In this document: positions 12,830 to 25,725 of the stretch, piece by piece
Numbering within the stretch: the stretch's first letter is position 1
Layout of the letters: every line of letters begins with the position of its first letter
NCBI GenBank assembly: GCA_964016885.1
Contig: OZ024746.1
Location: 60,636,001-60,700,000, forward strand
Source: Eledone cirrhosa
Taxonomy: Eukaryota
DNA: 64,000 nucleotides
Direction: 5' to 3'
The notes under the pieces: generated by a model
Databases searched by the model: none
What the model was told of the DNA's origin: nothing
The model's input: the letters and a program-made list of their open reading frames with translations, nothing else
Translations under genes and position numbers: made by a program

Positions 12830-15800
12830 TTTGTGTAGTGCGGTGTGGTGGTGTAGCATGTGATTTGCAGTGTTGTGTTGTGAAGTGGAGTGCTATCGTG
12901 TAATGTGGTGTGCAGTATGATGCAGTGTAGTGTGGTATCTAGTATGATGCAGTGTGTTGTGAGGTGTGGTGTGTAGTATGATGCAGTGTGTTGCGAAGTG
13001 TAGTATTATGCAGTGTGTTGTGGGGTGGAGTGTGGTATGTAGTATGATGCAGTGTGTTGCGATGTGTAGTGTGATGCAGTGTGTTGTGAGATGCAGTGTG
13101 TTGTGGGTGTAGTGTGGTGTGTAGTATGATGCAGTGAGTTGCGATATGTAGTATGATGCAGTGTGTTGTGGGGTGTAGTATGATGCAGTGTTGTGGGGTG
13201 TAGTATGATGCAGTGTGTTGTGAGATGTAGTGTGTTGTGGGGGTGTAGTATGGTATGTAAGATGATGCAGTGTGTAGTGTGGTATATATAGTATAATGCA
13301 GTGTGTTGTGAAGTGCAGTGTGTCGTGGGGTGTAGTGTGGTATGTAGTATGATGCAGTGTGTTTTGGGGTGTAGTGTGGTATGTAGGATGATACAGTGTA
13401 GTGTGGTGTATAGTATGATGAAGTGTGGTGTGTGGTGTGATGTGTAGTATGATACAGTGTGTTGTGAGTTGTAGTATGGTGCAGTGTGTTGTGTGATGTG
13501 TAGTATGGTGCAGTGTGCAGGGCCTCCAAGAGAAATTTTACAAGGCGGTACAAGACCCCTTTGGGGTCCGAAGCAGGCAAAGATTTTTCTCAAAATGGAT
13601 GTTGCATGGTTGCTGTGGGGCCTTCTTAGCTCTTGGGCTCCGGAACAGAGTACCGGCTGGACGCCCTCTCATAGGCCCTAGCAATGTGTTGTTGGGTGTT
13701 AGGGTTAGTGGTGTAGTATTTTGTAGTGTGGTGTGCTGTGTTGCTGTTGTTGGGGGCACTGATGTATGGTGCTTTGCGGATGTATGTATGGTGCTATGCA
13801 GATACAGCATTCCGACTGTGACCATCCTGTCTTTCACTGTTAGGCCAAGTGTATGCATTTATGTATGTATGTACGTACGTGAGAGATCTGTTTTTCTTAT
13901 AAGACAGTGCGGTGTGAATTGAGGTATATTTGACTGCTATTTTTAGCATGTCAAGTGACCACTTAGAGGCTTCCTGATTAGCTCACGTGATTATGCGGTA
14001 TTGTGTTGTGTGTGAGTTGTATGTTGTGTGTGTGTGTGTGGTATGTTGTATGTGAGTGAGTGGTATGTTGTGTGTGTGTGTGGTATGTTGTATGTGAGTG
14101 AGTGGTATGTTGTGTGTGTGTGTGTGGTATGTTGTATGTGAGTGAGTGGTATGTTGTGTGTGTGTGTGGTATGTTGTATGTGAGTGAGTGGTATGTTGTG
14201 TGTGTGTGTGGTATGTTGTATGTGAGTGAGTGGTATGTTAGTGAGTGGTATATTGTGTGTGTGTGTATGTAGTATATTGTATCTGAATGAGTGGTATCTT
14301 GTGTGTATGTGGTATGTTGTATGTTGTGTGTGTGTGTGTGGTATGTGTGTGGTATGTTGTATCTGAATGAGTAGTATGTTGTATGTGTGTGTTTGTGTGT
14401 GTGTGGTATGTCGTGTGTATCTGAATGAATGGTATGTCGTGTGTGTGTGTGAGTAAGTGGTACGTTGTGTCTGAGTGGTATGTGGTATGTTGTGTGTGTG
14501 AGTGAGTGGTATGTTGCATGTGTGTGTGGTGTATGTTTTGTTTATATATAGTGTAGTGGTGTAGTTTGATATAGTGAGGTATGTTGTAGTGTGTTAGGTT
14601 GTGTTGTGGGGTAGTATGTGATGTGTGTTATGATATAAGATAGTATTGTGTTGTATCATATATGTTATGGGGTAGTGTGATATTGTGTGGTGTGTTGTGG
14701 TGTAGTGTGATATTGTGTGGTGTGTTGTGGTGTAGTGGGATATTGTGTGGTATGTTGTGGTGTAGTGGGATATTGTGTGGTGTGTTGTGTAGTGGGATAT
14801 TGTGTGGTGTGTTGTGGTGTAGTGGAATATTGTGTGGTGTGTTGTGGTGTAGTGGGATATTGTGTGGTGTTGTGGTGTAGTGGGATATTGTGTGGTATGT
14901 TGTGGTGTAGTGGGATATTGTGTGGTGTAGTGGTGATATTGTGTGGTATGTTGTGGTGTAGTGGGATATTGTGTGATGTTGTGGTGTAGTGTGATATTGT
15001 GTGGTGTGTTGTGGTGTAGTGTGATATTGTGTGGTGTGTTGTGGTGTAGTGGGATATTGTGTGGTGTTGTGGTGTAGTGGTGATATTGTGTGGAGTGTTG
15101 TGGTGTAGTGGGATATTGTGTGGTGTTGTGGTGTAGTGTGATATTGTGTGGAGTGTTGTGGTGTAGTGGTGATATTGTGTGGAGTGTTGTGGGGTAGTGT
15201 GATATTGTGTGATATGTTGTGGGTGTAGTGTGATATTGTGGGGTAATGTGATATTGTGTGGTGTGTTGTGGTGTAGTGTGATATTGTGTGGTGTGTGGTG
15301 GTGTAGTGTGATATTGTGGGGTAATGTGATATTGTGTGGTGTGTTGTGGTGTAGTGTGATATTGTGTGGTGTGTTGTGGTGTAGTGGGATATTGTGTGGT
15401 GTGTTGTAGTGTGATATTGTGGGGTAGTGTGATATTGTATTGTGTGTTGTGGTGTAGTGGGATATTGTGTGGTGTGTTGTGATATTGTGTGGTGTGTTGT
15501 GGTGTAGTGTGATATTGTATTGTGTGTTGTGGTGTAGTGGGATATTGTGTGGTGTGTTGTGGTGTAGTGTGATATTGTGGTGTGTTGTGGTGTAGTGGTG
15601 ATATTGTGTGGTGTGTTGTGGTGTAGTGGTGATATTGTGTGGTGTGCTGTGGGGTAGTGTGATATTGTATGGTGTGTTGTGGTGTAGTGTGATATTGTGT
15701 GATGTGTTGTGGTGTAGTGGGATATTGTGTGGTGTGTTGTGGTGTAGTATGATATTGTGTGGTGTGTTGTGGTGTAGTGGGATATTGTGTCGTGTGTTGT

Positions 15801-16960
15801 GGTGTAGTGGGATATTGTGTGGTGTTGTGGTGTAGTGGGATATTGTGTGGTGTTGTGGTGTAGTGGGATATTGTGTGGTGTTGTGGTGTAGTGTGATATT
15901 GTGTGGTGTGTTGTGGTGTAGTGGGATATTGTGTCGTGTGTTGTGGTGTAGTGGGATATTGTGTGGTGTTGTGGTGATATTGTGTGGTGTGTTGTGGTGT
16001 AGTGTGATATTGTGTGATGTGTTGTGGGTGTAGTGTGATATTGTGGGGTAATGTGATATTGTGTGGTGTGTTGTGATATTGTGTGGTGTGTTGTGGTGTA
16101 GTGGGATATTGTGTGGTGTGTTGTGGTGTAGTGGGATATTGTGTGGTGTGTTGTGGTGTAGTGGGATATTGTGTGGTGTGTGGTGTGTTGTGGTGTAGTG
16201 GGATATTGTGTGGTGTGCTGTGGTATAGTGTGATGTGTTGTGGGTGTAGTGTGATATTGTGGGGTAATGTGATATTGTGTGGTGTGCTGTGGTATAGTGT
16301 GATATTGTGTGGTGTGTTGTGGTGTAGTGGGATATTGTGGGGTAGTGTGATATTGTGTGGTGTGCTGTGGTATAGTGTGATATTGTGTGGTGTGTTGTGG
16401 TGTAGTGGGATATTGTGGGGTGTGCTGTGGTATAGTGTGATATTGTGTGGTGTGTTGTGTTGTAGTGTGATATTGTGGGGTAGTGTGATATTGTGTGGTG
16501 TGCTGTGGTATAGTGTGATATTGTGTGGTGTGTTGTGTTGTAGTGTGATATTGTGGGGTAGTGTGATATTGTGTGGTGTGCTGTGGTATAGTGTGATATT
16601 GTGTGGTGTGTTGTGGTGTAGTGTGATATTGTGTGGTGTGTTGTGGGTGTAGTGTGATATTGTGTGATGTGTTGTGGGTGTAGTGTGATATTGTGGGGTA
16701 ATGTGATATTGTGTGGTGTGTTGTGGTGTAGTGGGATATTGTGTGGTGTGTTGTGGGTGTAGTGTGATATTGTGTGATGTGTTGTGGGTGTAGTGTGATA
16801 TTGTGGGGTAATGTGATATTGTGTGGTGTGTTGTGGTGTAGTGGGATATTGTGTCGTGTGTTGTGGTGTAGTGGGATATTGTGTGGTGTGTTATGGTGTA
16901 GTGTGATATTGTGTGGTGTGCTGTGGGGTACTGTAGTATTGTGTGTTGTGTGGTAATATG
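12830..16960. repeat. Compound GT-rich minisatellite block (tagtatgatgcagtg units; gagtgagtggtatgttg units; ~25-bp gatattgtgtggtgtgttgtggtgtagtg units)
   Basis: Directly visible; explains the spurious His/Thr-rich and Cys/Val-rich ORFs. Confidence 0.95.
13518..13680. mobile_element. hAT-type MITE inserted in a GT-rich minisatellite
   Basis: Ends cagggcc / ggcccta; 8-bp TSD gcagtgtg / gcaatgtg (1 mismatch). Confidence 0.75.
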
Positions 16961-17169
16961 TGGTGTGTTTTGTGGGGTAGTGTTGTCTTGTAGGGTAGTG
17001 TGGTTATTGTGTGGTGTCATGTGATGCCAAGGTAGAAATGGTATTGTGTGGGGTGGGAGGTCATGTGTAATGTTATTAGAGGTGGTAGCAAAAAGTATGA
17101 GATTGCATAGAGCAGGTCCTGGTCTTACAATGGGGGTAGATGATTGTTGTTGCAGTGATGGGTCAGATG

Positions 17170-18585
17170 GGAGAGAGAGAGAGACAATGTGAGAGAGAGA
17201 ATGTGTGTGTGAAAGAGAGAGAGCAACAGATAGACAATGTGTGTGAGAAAGAGAGAGCGAGAGAGAGAAAGAGACAATGTGTGTGTGAGAGAGAAAGACA
17301 ATATGTGTGTGGAAAAGAGAGAGAGAGACAATGTGTGTGTGAAAGAGATATAGACAATGTGTGTGTGTGAGAAAGAGAGACAATGTGTGTGTGAGAAAGA
17401 GAAACAATGTGTGTGTGAGAGAGAGAGATAGACAATGTGTGTGTGAGAGAGATAGAGACAATGTGTGTATGTGTGAGAGAGAGAGAGATAGACAATGTGT
17501 GTGTGAGAGAGAGACAATGTGTGTGTGTGAGAGAGAGACAATGTGTGTGTGTGAGAGAGAGACAATGTGTGTGAGAGAGAGAGATAGACAATGTGTGTGT
17601 GAGAAAGAGAGACAATGTGTGTGTGTGTGAGAGAGAGATAGACAATGTGTGTGTGTGTGTGTGAAAGAGAGAGATATAAAATGTGTGTGTGAAAGAGAGA
17701 GATATAAAATGTGTGTGTGAGAGAGAGAGAGAGAAACAATGTGTGTGTGTGTGAGAGAGAGAGAGAGATAGAGAGATAGACAATGTGTGTGAGAGAGAGA
17801 CAATGTGTGAGAGAGAGAGAGATAGACAATGTATGTGTGTGAGAGAGAGAGAGACAATGTGTGTGTGAGAGAGAGACAATGTGTGTGTGTGAGAGAGAGA
17901 GAGAGAGATAGACAATGTGTGTGTGAGAGAGAGACAATGTGTGTGTAGAAAAGAGAGAGAGAGAGACAATGTGTGTGTGTGTGAGAGAGAGAGAGATAGA
18001 CAATGTGTGAGTGTGTGAGAGAGAGACAATGTGTGTGTGTGAGAGAGAGACAATGTGTGTGTGAGAAAGAGAGACAATGTGTGTGTGTGAGAGAGAGAGA
18101 GAGATAGACAATGTGTGTGTGAGAAAGAGAGACAATGTGTGTGTGTGTGAGAGAGAGATAGACAATGTGTGTGTGTGTGTGAAAGAGAGAGATATAAAAT
18201 GTGTGTGAGAGATAGACAATGTGTGTGTGAGAGAGAAACAATGTGTGTGTGTGTGAGAGAGAGAGATAGACAATGTGTGTGAGAGAGAGACAATGTGTGA
18301 GAGAGAGAGAGATAGACAATGTATGTGTGTGAGAGAGAGAGAAAGAGAGACAATGTGTGTGTGGAAAAGAGAGAGAGAGAGAGAGAGACAATGTGTGTGT
18401 GTGAGAGAGAGATAGACAATGTGTGTGAGAGAGATAGAGAGATAGACAATGTGTGTGTGTGAAAGAGAGAGAGAGATAGACAATGTGTGTGTGTGTGTGT
18501 GAGAGAGAGGGAGAGAGAGAGAGAGAGAGAGAGAGAATGTGTGTGTGTGTGAGAGAGAGAGATAGACAATGTGTGTGTGAGAGAG
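17170..18585. repeat. (GA)n-gacaat-(GT)n compound minisatellite
   Basis: Directly visible repeating gacaatgtgtgtgagagagaga units. Confidence 0.95.
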
Positions 18586-18924
18586 ATTGTTGAAGAGAGG
18601 TGGATATACTGATGATAAACTACAAGTAGTAGATATGATGGATATCGACACTGATAACGATGATGATGTCACCATGGAGACAGGAAACAACAACACCATC
18701 ATCATCATCACAGCTGAATGAATGTTCTCAGACAAAATAGATGATGACATAGCTGCTATGTGGTTAACAATAATGGTTTCTTATTTTGGCACAAAGACAA
18801 ACATTTCTAGATGAACACTATAGACAACTGAAATGACACCAGTATATAACTGGTATAATTTTATGGTTGCTTCACCTGTTAGAAATAGCAACCAGATATC
18901 TCTCAGATTTCACATTTTCATCTT

Positions 18925-19113
18925 AATAATTTTGATGTCAAGCTGTCCCTGGTTCTATGATACAAAAACTTTATTTTTAGATGTTTATATTTATCTAAAA
19001 AGTCTTCCATAGTAATTTTATGAATCTCTGTTAACACCAACTTTATAATAAAAAAGTTAGTTATATTACTAAATCCCTCAAAATTCATAATAAATATGGT
19101 AACAAAAGGGTTA
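18925..19113. mobile_element. Second TTAA-bounded MITE family (ttaacccttttg/gataccaaactgc ends)
   Basis: Related segments at about 36510-36720, 37827-38000, 46786-46880, 47640-47757 and 61405-61567 share ggttctatgatacaaaa and tttatctaaaaactt. Confidence 0.6.
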
Positions 19114-20185
19114 AGAAAGAGAAGATATATATTAACGCAGGCCGAGCTGTGTACCAAATAAGAAGTTTGCTTTACTGCCACATGGTCATAGATTCTGTCT
19201 CACTGTGTGACAACAAGGGCAAGTGCTTTCTATTATAGCCACAGGCTGACCAATGCCTTGTCAGTGAAATTTGGAAGATGAAAACTGTATGGAACCACAT
19301 CCAGCACATAAGAAATAGATTCTCTCAAATGCTTTGGCAGCTACCTAGAGATAGTTGACAGCTTTTGTTACCTGGGCAACCTAATTAGCAGTGGAGGTGA
19401 GTGTTCTGAAAGCATAGAGTAAAAACCGGTTGACCAGTTGAAAGAAGATCAAGGAACTATTGACTCTGCTGGCAACAAAAGGTTTCTCTCTCGGAATTAA
19501 GAGCAGATTGCATAATGTGCAATGCTGTATGATAGTGAAACCTAGGCCTTGGCTACAAACCTCTTTACTCCAATTCATTCTGTCTCTTCCATACTGTTAT
19601 TTCTTCTGTCATGCCTTCTCTTTTATTCACCTACCCTGGTCACAGGCTTGAATGAATGGAGATAACATTAGTGACTACTTTCTCAGTCTCCTAAGATTCA
19701 AAGCAACCTCACTAGGTGCCATGATATAATACATCCACTATATAAAGGGGTAGTGTACATATATATACATGTACACATAACACAAGAAACAATAAATTCC
19801 AAGGGTTTTTTCTTCTCCTATTTAATCCTTTTGTAATCAACCAGGCAAAAACCAACTCTGGTGCTATGAAACAAAAGCTTAATGAAATATAGTAAATTCC
19901 TGAAAATTCTTTAATTAATTGAAATAGAATGTATTTCATTAGAAATATGGTTACAAAATAGTTAAAGCCTTACAGCCTGTGATTGAAAAGTGGCCTGGAA
20001 TGGATTTAAGACATTATTTCCAGGAATGTAGCACAAGAAAACTCTCCTGGAATCCATTTTGGTGGTATGTTAGTAGATTAACGATATATTAGTAGTTTGG
20101 TGGTATATTAGTAAATGAATGATACATTAGCAGTTTGGCGGTATGTTAGTAGATGAATGGCATATTAGTAGTTTGGTGGTATGTA

Positions 20186-20803
20186 AACGAGAGAAATAAA
20201 TGTTTATTCTAAATACATGTGTTCCACTCACAAAGTTGGCTTAAAAACCATTGATAACTACATAAATATGAAAAGAAAGATAAAAACAAAATTAAGTAAT
20301 GTGAAAAAGGGGGAAGGGCTAAAGAAGGGCAGATCTGGTTGTATGGGAAAGTAGAGGAAAGGACTATAAATGCCATAAATGAGGAAAAGGGGGGTAAAAG
20401 TAAGAACTCTAGGGTCACAGAAGAAAAGGAAGGGGAAAGGGTGATGGGCTCTGGGTTTAGGGTGGGGCAGTGTTTGGGCTGCGCCTCGTGGACAAAACTG
20501 CAAAGGTATTTCTGTGGACAATGGCCAGCGACACCTACTGTAAGAGCCACCCCCACCACGCGGGGCTCCTTTCTCAGATGGGCTGCTGACATTCTGATTT
20601 TGTGGAGGAGCTCAGCAGTATGGGGTTTGAGGATGCCTGAGGTCTCAACAGCAACTGGTGTGAAGAGGAAGAGGCCAGACAAGCCCTGGTGTTTGTTTGT
20701 CTTCTTGTCCTCTGGATTGTGGGCTGTGGTAGTGGCCGAAGCGACTAAGTTGGAGGTAGAAAACGTGTGGTGTTCCAGATGAAGGATATACCTCCTTCGA
20801 ATT
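20186..20803 (-). mobile_element. CRE-clade non-LTR retrotransposon 3' end (restriction-like endonuclease)
   Basis: EDKKTNKHQGLSGLFLFTPVAVETSG...KEPR, then frameshifted WLLQ*VSLAIVHRNTFAVL; downstream AATAAA. Confidence 0.75.
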
Positions 20804-22084
20804 AGATTAATGTTATATTAGTAGTTTGGTGGTACATTAATAGATTAATGGTATATTAGTAGTTTGGTAGTATGTTAGTAGATTTTGACAGCTATGGTAG
20901 TGATGAGTCAAATGTGCGTATTACTAATAGAGAAGTAAAACAGGTTTAAGATGGAGACCACTGCTACCACTACCACTAACAGATAAATTGATGTGTCATC
21001 GGTCTTACTGTTGATATATGAATCTGAACAACCATTGCAGTATATTCCTTCTATCACAACCATGTGTCAATTCATATGGAAAGCATACATTTTATTTCAC
21101 CTCCTCACCACTCTTCATTTACCGTGATCACCTGTTAGCATCTATTATACCTATATTAAGGTATTGTTCTCAAAATAAATAGCATCAATATCTCGTAGAT
21201 TCGATATTATGTAAGATCAAGCCTTTACTGTGAAAATACAATAGTAAATATAGAGTAATGTAAATGCTGTAGGGTTAAAATATGACTAATGAAACACTGC
21301 CTTTGGTTTTCTGATAATTTTGAAAATAATCAATAATTTGAAGAGATTTTGTAAAATAATTTTCTCATTATTAAGCTGATGTTTGGAACGTAACTAATAA
21401 AATGTTCTTACGTATGTAGTATAAATACATATAATCAGGAATTAGATTTAGTAAAACGACTTTCTCACGATCAAGTTAGTGCTTGGAACATAAATTAGGC
21501 AAGGGAGGTAACTCCACATCTTGATAATGTCCGTCATCGGTTTATATTTCAGAAGCGGACATTGACAGTTTCGTATCAAAAGTGGTTAAAGGGACCCACC
21601 ACTATAACTTAAGCCTGTCCATCTAAACTTTCTTTAGATAATAGAAGCTAAATTCAGCATTCTGGGAATGCTGAATTTAGCTTCTATTATCTGAGCGACT
21701 TATGTAAGGTAGACACTGCCACTGTCAACTCATATCTCTCTAATTTGTTAAACCAGTTCGTCTCAGCTTTCAGCACTAGGAATTGTGAGTTCAGCCACAA
21801 GTAGCTAGGTCTTATGGAAGGTAGGTAGACTGAGACAATTATGAATTAATGGTCTGTTTAGTTAACTAGCAGAAGCTGACTATCCAGAGAAAATCTCCAT
21901 CTAATTGAGCTAAGCGGAATACAATAATGAATGTTTTGGCGAGCTACACAATAAATGCACCCAGTACACTCTGCAAAGTGGTTGATGATAGGAAAGGCAT
22001 CCAGCTGTAGAAAACTTGCTAAAGGAGCATGAGGACTCTTCAGTTGAGTCAAATACATGACAACTTCCCTAATGCTAGTGATTC

Positions 22085-22760
22085 ATCATCATCGTTTTAC
22101 GTTTGTTTTTCCATACTAGCACTCAGCCATCATCATTCATGCACATCATGTTCGTATTAACACAGTCTTCTCTCTTGCACACCACTTCTGATTCCTCTTA
22201 AACCATGTTTTTTCCTCAGTCCATCCAAGCTCTGCCTTTCTCTCAGATTTACATTGCACATCTAACGAAACATGGCTGCTTCATTTCTCTTCAACCAATC
22301 CATGTCCTCTGCAGTCACTGCCCATGCAACACAGCACTTTGCACACAGGCATCATACATCCTTTTGTACATAGGGGGAAACCTTTTATTGTCAATAGTGG
22401 GAGTAGCTCTCCACTTCTTCTAGCCTATCCCTATTCTAGCTATTATACTCTCAGAGCATCCTCTGCTGCTTATTAAGTCATCTAGGTAACAGAAGCTATC
22501 AACTATTTCTATGGCTCCTTCATGTAATTTGAAAAGGTTTATATCACTGACACTTCCTGTTGATTGCCCCTGTGCATCTATTACATGCTTTCCCTGTTAG
22601 TCTACCTAATATCCCACTACATCTCTGGTGTATCCAAGATTTACATTGTGTACATCATATAGAGTTTATTCCTACTCCTTTACATATTGAACAGAGCCAC
22701 TTCCCTGAAGGAATCAGGGTCCTATCTTTTTCCTATTTATTAGCACTTTAGTTTTGGCTA
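22085..22760 (-). mobile_element. RTE LINE 3' fragment
   Basis: Reverse complement of the 8215-8800 and 34700-35430 family (gatagcttctgttacctag, gagagtataatagctagaatagg). Confidence 0.82.
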
Positions 22761-22996
22761 AGTTTACTTTCAGCTAGTTTGAACAGAAAGGTGACCGGAT
22801 ACGGCCAGTTTAAATCAATACCAACACGTGTTTGGTATTTCATTTTATTGACCCTAGAAGAACGAACGGTAATGTTGACATTGATGGCATTTCAACTCAG
22901 AAAAGGTTGGAACTATAAATATATAAGACATTCCATGCAATGCTCTAACAATTCTGTCAAATAATAATTACAACAAGAACAACATAAAAAATTAGT

Positions 22997-23246
22997 TTAT
23001 TTACTCTTTTTTTTCCCCTTTCCCGCCTTACCTCCTTTGCCTGCCTTACTTCCTTTGCCCGCTTTCCCCCCTTTTTTCTTGTGAACGTTCTTTGCTTTCA
23101 GTGAGCGTTTGTCCTTCTTCAATCGTTTGTCAACCACCTTGTATGGTCCCTTTGGTCTTGAACCCTTCGTTCCACCTCCTTTCTTAGATATCACATATGA
23201 AACCTCCTTCTTCTGCTTTGAGAGTAAACCAGCTTTCTTGTAGATT
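22997..23246 (-). CDS. FTSJ3: FTSJ3 exon 18 (stop codon)
   Basis: [24 protein letters not shown]...[16 protein letters not shown]...KGKKKSK*; Spb1 C-terminal GxYKVVDxRxKKD motif. Confidence 0.95.
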
Positions 23247-23364
23247 CTGTAGGCACAAAGACGAGAACAAAGGGGAAAAAATATATTGAAAAAACATCGT
23301 AGATAGATTCTTGCCAACATGTATATGCACATCTGGAAACAATAGTGTAGAAGGGACTCTTCAA

Positions 23365-23980
23365 TCTAGCTGACCACACAACAGCCACCCTCTAGTGATA
23401 AGGCCATCATAAAATACACTCCATGGTTGTACCGGTCATCTAACTGACCACACAACAACCACCCTCTAGTAATAGTGCTATCATAAAATACACTCCATGG
23501 TTGTACTGGTCATCTAGCTGACCACGCAACAACCATTCTCTAGTGATATAGTGAAATTTTGTTATAATGAAATTCACGGGGCATAAAAAAAGTTGAAGTA
23601 ACAAAAAAATTCTCTATAATGAGATCGACCGAAACACATCGGGGATGTGGCCAGGGATTGGGAAACATTTTGTTACACTGAAAAATTTGTTATAATGGTA
23701 TTTCTTATAATGGGATGCCACCACAAAAGGTACTCAGTGACTGTACTGATGATCTAGTTGACCACACAACAACCACTCTCTAGTGATAGTGGTTTTGTAA
23801 AATGTACTGTGGCTGTACTGGTTATCTGACTGATCACACAACAACCACTCTCTAGTGAAAGAACCATCATAAAATACACTCCGTGGTTGTGCTGGTCAGC
23901 TAATTGACCACACAACAAACACTATCTAGAGATAGTACCATCATAAAATACACAAAAAAACAGTGTTTGTGTTGGTCATC
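23365..23980. repeat. ~75-bp tandem repeat in FTSJ3 intron 17, interrupted by a Tigger-like MITE (about 23547-23720)
   Basis: Repeating tgaccacacaacaaccactctctagtgatag...catcataaaatacactcc; insert has gttataatg subterminal motifs. Confidence 0.8.
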
Positions 23981-24432
23981 GTCATTTTCTGTCCATTTTT
24001 TAAAGGAAATGTCTTGCAGTAAGATTGGAACTGTTTCAACCACAACCCTTTCGTGACCATACATCCAATAAAATACTCTATTTCAACAAATTCATGAAGT
24101 ATTTTGAGGGATTTGCTGAAATTATTTATTATTTCATTACTAAGATAGTAACATAAGGTTCTTACATAAATGTATGTTGGAAGATTTAAATTTAAATAAG
24201 AATTTTTTTAAATGGATGGTTTTGTTTCATAGAAACAGAACCAAAAGGGTTAATATAAGACATTTTCATCAACATCACCAACACATGTGTATATATATAT
24301 ATATATACAAACACACACCAACACATCTACATATATACAAACACACACCAACACATCTACATATATACAAACACAAACACACACACACACACAGTCAGAT
24401 GTAGATAGAAATAGTATCTCTAATGTACTTAC

Positions 24433-24527
24433 TCTTTTATCTTCAACCATTTCTCCCGTTCTGAAGTGTCAACACTATCTGTTATTGTTTCAGCCTTCTT
24501 CCTTACCTTCAGTAGCTTCTTTGTCAT
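24433..24527 (-). CDS. FTSJ3: FTSJ3 exon 17
   Basis: MTKKLLKVRKKAETITDSVDTSEREKWLKIKE; CAG acceptor, GTAAG donor. Confidence 0.93.
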
Positions 24528-25632
24528 CTGTATAACAATAACAACAACAATATGATTCAAGCAAACATTAGACATGTGGATATGATAGATTTGTAGATCA
24601 CCTCCACTGATCCAACAACAGATTAGTGAAGGTGATCTACCAAGGTATCAGCTGGATTAAACACTAAATAGTAATTCCACCATTGCTAATAGAGGAAAAT
24701 TAATGTAAAATAGAAAAAAAATTATCTTTACCCCTTTAGCATTTAAACCGGATGTATCCAGCCAGAATTCTCTTACCTCTTTCTGTTCAAACTGGCTGTA
24801 ACCAGATGCTCATACTTATGTTAAGGTATTGTTCTCAAAATAATGGTGGGATTTGAACTGTAGAGAGTGTAGAGAGCCAAAACAAACACTGCAAGGCATT
24901 TTGACCTCTGCTCTAACTGACAATTTACCACTTACGTCAATTAAAACTACTAAAACTCTTAACCCTTTAGCATTTACATTACTCTATATATACTATTGTA
25001 TTTTTGTGGTAAAGGCTTTATCTTACATAATTCTCTCACATCGAATCTATGAGATTTTAATGTTATTTATTTTGAGAACAATATCTTAACATTACTATGA
25101 GCAGCCAGTTATAGCCAGTTTGAACACAGAGGTGAGGGAATTCTGGCTGGATACAGCTGGTTTAAATGCTAAAGGGTTAAACAATGAGGAAACCTTATAT
25201 GGACCAACTTAAGTTTGGCCCAATTACAGTGAGGCGAGGCGTTATGAAGCGAAAAGAAATAGTTAAAGTCTATTCCAACTCTGGAGGTTCAGGAAGCTGG
25301 ACTTTATCCCGGTTTGTTAAGTGACTGAGAGTACAGGGCGCCCGGCCATTGCAGGGTTAACTCACTGCAGTTGCTGGTACTCATTTTCAGCTGAGTTGAC
25401 TGGAGCAATATGACCTGAAATGTCTTGTTCAAGGACACACCATGCTGCCTGGTCCAGGAATTGAACCCACAACATTATGATCATGAGCCTTCCCCCTCTC
25501 GAATTATGGGAACAAAAACAACTTATATATAGTTTATCTTAGGGTTAACCAGATGAAGTAAAGAGGGGTGGGATAAGAAGTGAGAGGGTAATAGAGTAAG
25601 AAATAAAAGTATACAGCAGCATATTTATTTAC

Positions 25633-25725
25633 CCTCAGCTTTTTCCTGATTTTAGCTTCAGCAATCTTCTTGATGGGACGGGCATCAACTTCTTTCATCT
25701 GCTTCTTGTATTCTTCTACTTCAGC
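25633..25725 (-). CDS. FTSJ3: FTSJ3 exon 16
   Basis: AEVEEYKKQMKEVDARPIKKIAEAKIRKKLR (ARPIKKxAEAK motif); TAG acceptor, GTAAA donor. Confidence 0.95.

Noticed and set aside
14594-18750. 1265-, 541- and 468-aa His/Thr/Ser/Leu-rich ORFs
   Set aside because: Open in multiple frames only because the (CA)/(CT) repeats lack stop codons; no domain content or codon structure
23247-23332. 5' part of ORF 22997..23332
   Set aside because: Intronic read-through upstream of the CAG acceptor of FTSJ3 exon 18
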